62,966 nt of DNA from a virus (lineage: Duplodnaviria > Caudoviricetes). A model generated the notes under the pieces. That model was not told the DNA's origin and searched no databases. It saw only the letters and a program-made list of their open reading frames with translations. The first letter of the stretch is position 1. Every line of letters begins with the position of its first letter. Below are positions 57,792-62,966 of this stretch, piece by piece. The position numbers and the translations under genes are program-made. Location: positions 1 through 62,966 of the IMG/VR virus record IMGVR_UViG_3300030059_001555; one strand, given 5' to 3'.

Positions 57792-58429
57792 AGAATAATT
57801 TCGAAGATGCAAATGAAGCGTATGAATACTTACACGACAGAATAATACAGTATGGATCACCTTTCGGTGACACAAAAGCGTTATTCAATGTAGGTTTTTA
57901 TATCGAGAACCCTAAACGAAAGCAAATAATAAATGTTGAACGTAAATGGAATTTACACTATGCTGATTCTGAGTGGCAATGGTATTTATCGGGTGATCCT
58001 AACATTAAAAAACTGGGTGAGATCTATGGTAAAGTACCTGCGATATGGAAACGTATGGCTAACAGTAGTGGTGAAGTTAATTCTAACTACGGTTACCAAT
58101 GGAAGCGTAATGAACAGTTAACTCATGTGATTAAAATGTTACGTGACACGCCTGGCACTAGACAAGCAGCAATAAGTATATATGATGCTAAGGAGATGTA
58201 TAAGTATGAGAACGATACACCATGTACTTATGCCATTCAGTTCACGATCATTAACGATGAGCTTTGTATGTCAGTCTACATGCGTTCTAATGACCTCTGG
58301 TACGGTTTCTGCAACGATCAATACCAATTTGCAAGTCTGCAGGAATTAGTTGCTAGAGAGCTAGATATACCAACTGGATGGTATTACCATCACGCACATA
58401 ATATGCACTTATATAACGATAAGATATGA
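57788..58429 (+). CDS. thymidylate synthase-family enzyme, possibly dCMP (hydroxy)methyltransferase
   Basis: TPCT, MRSNDLWYGFCND, HLY. Confidence 0.8.
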   Translation: MKNNFEDANEAYEYLHDRIIQYGSPFGDTKALFNVGFYIENPKRKQIINVERKWNLHYADSEWQWYLSGDPNIKKLGEIYGKVPAIWKRMANSSGEVNSNYGYQWKRNEQLTHVIKMLRDTPGTRQAAISIYDAKEMYKYENDTPCTYAIQFTIINDELCMSVYMRSNDLWYGFCNDQYQFASLQELVARELDIPTGWYYHHAHNMHLYNDKI

Positions 58430-59211
58430 AATATAAATTATACCATATACCCGGTAAAAAGATTGGGGTAACACTAGATCTCAAACATAGGGTAGAAGAC
58501 CAACAAGGTTATAGACCTGGTGAGTACGAGGTACTAGAAGAATCTGACGATATATGCTATATATCTGGTCGTGAAATTGAGCTGCAGAAAGAGTATGGCT
58601 ACAGAGTAGATACAACCGAATATAAAAATTTAAACCAAAACCAAAGCAATATGAGAATAAACATTACAGAGCAAACTACAACTTTCCCTTGTCCAGCTAA
58701 TAAGCTAAAAGGTAGATTAATGGATGAGTTAGGTATGGAAATAAGCACACCACACGGAGACCATATGTTAACACCTAAGCTAGCCAAGTGGATAGAGAAC
58801 AACGTAATAACATCTCAATTCAATATGGATAGGTGTTATGTTTACAATAAAGCTATGAGTAATTTCTCTAAAACAGAGACAATACTAAATACAGGTAATA
58901 CTCAAGGCAATGTGTTTAGTAAGATACGAACTTGGGCTAACAACAAAGGTATACTATCTAGTGGTAATACTCAAACTCAGTATATCAAACTGATGGAGGA
59001 AGCTGGTGAATTAGCTGAAGGGTTACTAAAGAAAGATAAGCCAGAAATAAAAGATGCTATCGGTGATATGATAGTTGTACTTACTAACCTAGCAGCGCTA
59101 GAAGGTATGGATATTGAAGATTGTATCCAAAGTGCTTATGACGAGATTAAGGATAGAGTAGGAGTTATGGAAAACGGTACATTTGTTAAATTTAACCAAA
59201 CGTTAAGCTAG
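58426..59211 (+). CDS. GIY-YIG-like N-terminus fused to MazG-like NTP pyrophosphohydrolase
   Basis: YKLY...KIGVT..L..R; KLMEEAGEL...DAIGDM.VVL. Confidence 0.7.
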   Translation: MKYKLYHIPGKKIGVTLDLKHRVEDQQGYRPGEYEVLEESDDICYISGREIELQKEYGYRVDTTEYKNLNQNQSNMRINITEQTTTFPCPANKLKGRLMDELGMEISTPHGDHMLTPKLAKWIENNVITSQFNMDRCYVYNKAMSNFSKTETILNTGNTQGNVFSKIRTWANNKGILSSGNTQTQYIKLMEEAGELAEGLLKKDKPEIKDAIGDMIVVLTNLAALEGMDIEDCIQSAYDEIKDRVGVMENGTFVKFNQTLS

Positions 59212-59212
59212 T

Positions 59213-59575
59213 ATGAGTAGTAGAGAAATTATTAATAGTAAGAATGGTATGTTAGGTAAAGATATACACTCATCTAAAAGAATATTATTTAGAGATCCAG
59301 TAGTTGAACATGTTGTAGATAAGTTTGTTGATCGATCTAATATAGGGTATGCTAAATATGGTAGAACTTTAGATGCAGAAAGAAAAGGCAAACACAAAGA
59401 TCTACTTGGTTATCTAAATGATATTCAAGAAGAATTGATGGATGCGATTTTATATATCCAAGCGGCGCGTGATGAGATGATAGAACAAGCTGAGGAAAGA
59501 CGTATGAATACTATAGGTCAGAATGGTAATGATGGTCAACACTACGATAGTTATGATAACACGTCGGAGTACTAA
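59213..59575 (+). CDS. MazG-like/all-alpha NTP pyrophosphatase
   Basis: G.AKYG.TL...QEELMDAILY. Confidence 0.55.
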   Translation: MSSREIINSKNGMLGKDIHSSKRILFRDPVVEHVVDKFVDRSNIGYAKYGRTLDAERKGKHKDLLGYLNDIQEELMDAILYIQAARDEMIEQAEERRMNTIGQNGNDGQHYDSYDNTSEY

Positions 59576-60008
59576 AAAGAAAGGCCCTGTGAGATCTAAG
59601 AAGGTGGTATTTGACGGTATCACCTTTGCCTCAGGGTTAGAGAAGTATATGTATAAGGCTTTGCAAGCAGCGAATATAAATTCTGCTTACGAAGGTGAGT
59701 CATATCAACTCCTTGAGAGTTTCATATTTGAAACTACAAGTTATGAACGTCAAGCAAATGGTAAAGGTGATCTAATAGATCGTGGTAACAAGAAGGTATT
59801 AGGTATTAAATATACACCTGACTTTATAGCGGATGATTTTATAATTGAAACGAAAGGTAGGGCAAATGAAAGTTTCCCAATTCGGTGGAAGTTATTTAAA
59901 AAATACGTTAAAGAGAACCTACCTCAAGTGACCTTATATAAGCCTCAAAACCAGAATGAATGTGATAAAGTAGTTGAACTAATTTTAGAAAAAAGAAAAA
60001 GAAAATGA
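59523..60008 (+). CDS. endonuclease I-like Holliday junction resolvase
   Basis: FASGLE, YTPDF, IETKG. Confidence 0.75.
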   Translation: MVMMVNTTIVMITRRSTKKKGPVRSKKVVFDGITFASGLEKYMYKALQAANINSAYEGESYQLLESFIFETTSYERQANGKGDLIDRGNKKVLGIKYTPDFIADDFIIETKGRANESFPIRWKLFKKYVKENLPQVTLYKPQNQNECDKVVELILEKRKRK

Positions 60009-60166
60009 TATTAGGATGGGAAATTAGTTTAGGGTTTTACCCTGGAGTGTTATTAGGATTCAGAAGTTACTCCGACACAGGAAGTGGTGTTGAAAACCAC
60101 GTACTTTATATACCTTTTGTAGATGTGTGTTTAACTATTGAAAAGGAGATTGATGAAAAAGAGTAA
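60005..60166 (+). CDS. 53-aa hypothetical protein
   Basis: MILGWEISLGFYPGVLLGFRSY...; overlaps both neighbours. Confidence 0.5.
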   Translation: MILGWEISLGFYPGVLLGFRSYSDTGSGVENHVLYIPFVDVCLTIEKEIDEKE

Positions 60167-61136
60167 TATATTTGAGAAAAGGATAAATATACTACCTTAT
60201 CAATACCCACAACTTCTAGACTATAAGGATGCCATTCGGCATTCTTATTGGATAGATACTGAGTTTAACTTCACAGACGATGTTCAAGACTTTAAAGTTA
60301 ATATAAACGATAAGGAAAGGGATATAATCAAAAAGACTATGCTGTCAATAGCACAGATAGAAGTAAGTGTTAAAACTTTTTGGGCTGATATGTACAAGAG
60401 AATGCCTATCACTGAAGTTGGTGATGTAGGTATGACGTTCGCTGAGTCTGAAGTTAGACATAAAGATGCCTATGCAAGACTGCTACGTATACTTGGACTT
60501 GAGAAAGAGTTTGAAACAGTGGTAGATGTACCGGCAATAGATAAACGAATAAAGTATCTAACTAAATATTTAGATGGCTCGAGATCTAGGGATAATAAGA
60601 TGTATACCAAATCGGTATTATTATTCTCATTATTTATAGAACATGTGAGTCTGTTTAGTCAATTCCTAATAATGATGTCTTTCAACAAGAACAATAACGT
60701 ACTCAAAGGCATATCTAATGTCGTTGAAGCAACATCAAAGGAAGAAGAGATACATGGTAATTTCGGGGTTGAGATTATCAACATAATTAAGAGAGAGAAC
60801 CCTGAGTGGTTTGACGATGAGTTTCATGGCCTAATTGAATCAGCTTGCTTAAAAGCATACGATGCTGAATGTGGAGTTTTAGACTGGATATTTGAAGCTG
60901 GGGAGTTAGACTTCTTAACTAAAGATACGATCAAAGAGTTTATCAAGAACAGATTTAATAATTCACTTAACAAAATAGGGTATGAGTCTATATTCGAAAT
61001 CGACAAGGAGATCATCGCTAGTACCAAATGGTTCGACGTTGAGATCACAGCTACAAAAGAGGGAGATTTCTTTTATAAAAAATCAATTGATTACAACAAA
61101 AAAAGCAAAAGTATAACTATAGACGATTTATTTTAA
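60153..61136 (+). CDS. nrdB: ribonucleotide reductase class Ia beta subunit
   Basis: ESEVRHKDAY, EHVSLFSQF, EEEIHG, DFF..KSIDY. Confidence 0.92.
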   Translation: MKKSNIFEKRINILPYQYPQLLDYKDAIRHSYWIDTEFNFTDDVQDFKVNINDKERDIIKKTMLSIAQIEVSVKTFWADMYKRMPITEVGDVGMTFAESEVRHKDAYARLLRILGLEKEFETVVDVPAIDKRIKYLTKYLDGSRSRDNKMYTKSVLLFSLFIEHVSLFSQFLIMMSFNKNNNVLKGISNVVEATSKEEEIHGNFGVEIINIIKRENPEWFDDEFHGLIESACLKAYDAECGVLDWIFEAGELDFLTKDTIKEFIKNRFNNSLNKIGYESIFEIDKEIIASTKWFDVEITATKEGDFFYKKSIDYNKKSKSITIDDLF

Positions 61137-62761
61137 TGGAGTATAAAAAATATTATTGGTTGAATAAAGAGTCAAGACTCTTTCTATCAAGAGGCTACAT
61201 AACTGAAACGCCTGAACAGCGTATTAAGGATATAGCTAACACAGCAGAGAAACATTTAAAAATAGAAGGTTTCGCACAGAAGTTTGAGGACTATATGGCA
61301 AGGGGTTTTTACTCCTTATCTACACCAGTATGGATCAACTTTGGTAAAAACAAAGGTTTGCCTATCAGTTGTTACGGTTCAAACGTTGACGATAATTTAG
61401 ATTCAATTCTGAACGCATCTAGGGAGATCGGTATGATGTCTAAATACGGAGGAGGAACATCAGCATATTTGGGGAATATAAGACCACGAGGTTCAGTTAT
61501 TTCAACGGGTGGTAAGGCTGATGGTCCAGTGCATTACGCAAGAATGTATGACACAACAGTTGATGTTTGTAAGCAAGCCGAAGCTAGACGTGGAGCCTGT
61601 GCCGTGTATCTACCAATCGAACACGACGATGTAACAGAATTCTTAGATATTGGTACTGAAGGTAATCCTATTCAAAATCTACAATATGGTGTTACCATCA
61701 CTGATGAATGGATGAAGAGTATGATTAAGGGTAGTAAGAAGAAGAGAGAGATATGGGCTAAAGTTATACAGAGGAGATCTGAATTTGGTTTCCCTTATTT
61801 AATGTTTAAGGATAACTCGAATAACAATACACCTTACAAGGAGTTGGGGTTAGATATTACAGCGTCTAACCTGTGCTCTGAAATACAATTACCTACTGAT
61901 AGTTATAATTCTTTCGTGTGTTGCTTAGGTTCAATTAACTTATTACACTGGGATGAGATAAAACAGACTGATGCTGTAGAAACTTACACACATTTCTTAA
62001 ACGCAGTTATGGATGAATTCATAACCAAGTCTGCTACTTTACCTGGTTTAGCTAGAGCACATAGATTTGCTGAACAACATAGAGCAATCGGTATAGGTGT
62101 TATGGGTTATCATTCTCTATTACAGTCTAAATTACTAGAATTTGACTCATTACAAACAAAAGCTTTAAACGATGAAATATTCAGAGAGATTCAAGCGGCT
62201 TCGGACAATGCGTCGAGGTGGTTGGCTAAGTATAAAGGTTATGAGTGTATTCGCGAGGGATACGCTAACACAACTCTCATGGCAGTTGCACCAACAAAGT
62301 CTAGTTCCTTTATTCATGGCGCTGTCAGTATGGGGATCGAACCTATTAAGTCTAATTACTTTATTAAGGATTTGGCTAAGTCAAAAACTGTATACAAAAA
62401 CCCGTTCTTAGAAACTGAACTTGATAAGTATGATTTGAATACAGAGGAGATTTGGGAGGGGATATTAAGAAAGGATGGATCTGTACAGCATTTAGATTTC
62501 CCAACGAAAGAAGTGTTCAAGTCTTTCATCGAGATAGCACCTAAAGAATTGGTACTACAAGCTGCACAAAGACAGAAGTACATAGATCAATCGCAGAGCT
62601 TAAACCTCATGATCGATCCTAGCATACCAGCTAAGGACATTAATAAATTGTATATTTATGCGTGGGAGGAGGGAGTTAAAACTCTGTACTATCAATTCAG
62701 TCAGAGTTCAGCTCAGGCATTTAGTAGGAATATACTAGAATGCTCTTCGTGTGAAGGTTAG
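61136..62761 (+). CDS. nrdA: ribonucleotide reductase class Ia alpha subunit (no ATP cone)
   Basis: SNLCSEI, APTKSSS, KTLYY, C-terminal CSSCEG. Confidence 0.93.
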   Translation: MEYKKYYWLNKESRLFLSRGYITETPEQRIKDIANTAEKHLKIEGFAQKFEDYMARGFYSLSTPVWINFGKNKGLPISCYGSNVDDNLDSILNASREIGMMSKYGGGTSAYLGNIRPRGSVISTGGKADGPVHYARMYDTTVDVCKQAEARRGACAVYLPIEHDDVTEFLDIGTEGNPIQNLQYGVTITDEWMKSMIKGSKKKREIWAKVIQRRSEFGFPYLMFKDNSNNNTPYKELGLDITASNLCSEIQLPTDSYNSFVCCLGSINLLHWDEIKQTDAVETYTHFLNAVMDEFITKSATLPGLARAHRFAEQHRAIGIGVMGYHSLLQSKLLEFDSLQTKALNDEIFREIQAASDNASRWLAKYKGYECIREGYANTTLMAVAPTKSSSFIHGAVSMGIEPIKSNYFIKDLAKSKTVYKNPFLETELDKYDLNTEEIWEGILRKDGSVQHLDFPTKEVFKSFIEIAPKELVLQAAQRQKYIDQSQSLNLMIDPSIPAKDINKLYIYAWEEGVKTLYYQFSQSSAQAFSRNILECSSCEG

Positions 62762-62829
62762 ACTGCTATTATATAAACAACAGTCATAATAATAATGTAT
62801 AATGCTTTACTTATTTCTATTTTCCTCAT
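62758..62829 (-). CDS. 23-aa hydrophobic peptide
   Basis: MRKIEISKALYIIIMTVVYIIAV; class II-like motif 5 nt upstream. Confidence 0.35.
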   Translation of the reverse strand: MRKIEISKALYIIIMTVVYIIAV

Positions 62830-62834
62830 AATAG

Positions 62835-62864
62835 TATAATCACTTTTTAATATAAAGTGTTAAC
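62835..62864 (-). promoter_or_regulatory. class II promoter-like motif pointing antisense to nrdA
   Basis: GTTAAC-N14-AGTGATTATA. Confidence 0.4.
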
Positions 62865-62898
62865 CACAGTGGAGTTAAGAAATTGTTAAGAAAAGATT

Positions 62899-62932
62899 AA
62901 GGGATAGCCTCACGGTTATCCCTTTTTCTTTT
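62899..62932 (+). terminator. rho-independent terminator, possibly bidirectional
   Basis: AAGGGATAGCC-TCAC-GGTTATCCCTT plus T-run. Confidence 0.8.
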
Positions 62933-62966
62933 AAATATAAATAGTTTAGTGCTTAGCCTTAAGCTT

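Noticed and set aside
1-62966. Prophage or temperate lifestyle; alternative genetic code
   Set aside because: No integrase, att site or host flanks seen; long genes read through intact in the standard code with all three stops used

Overview
The whole window is an AT-rich tailed phage genome (or most of one) with podovirus-type, loosely crAss-like virion genes. It most likely infects marine Bacteroidota (Flavobacteriales): Shine-Dalgarno motifs are not evident, one protein has a T9SS-like tail, and the tail nozzle has flavobacterial GCxD..DDGSC repeats. Two arms diverge at ~43.0-43.3 kb. The left arm (minus strand, late) encodes a Lys-rich protein, GroEL/GroES, a holin, a second GroES-like protein, terminase, portal, scaffold, major capsid, tail ring/nozzle proteins, internal virion proteins (including a 2656-aa multidomain protein), LamG and fibre proteins, small basic proteins, and a five-gene operon of envelope-targeted proteins. 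The right arm (plus strand, early/middle) has many small ORFs punctuated by a 10-copy bipartite repeat, tRNA-Arg and two aberrant tRNA-like RNAs. It continues with ligase, an HTH protein, a sigma factor, ERF/RecE-like recombination genes, primase-helicase, a ThyA-family enzyme with a cytosine-type Asp, MazG-like proteins and class Ia RNR. No DNA polymerase, endolysin or integrase was recognised; the window starts inside a tail-fibre gene. The strongest leads are the envelope operon, a three-part regulatory grammar (class I repeats, class II promoters, 46-47-bp palindromes), the tRNA-like RNAs, and a CCCH double zinc finger shared by the giant virion protein and a small secreted early protein. 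All functional calls come from visual motif recognition; no searches were run.
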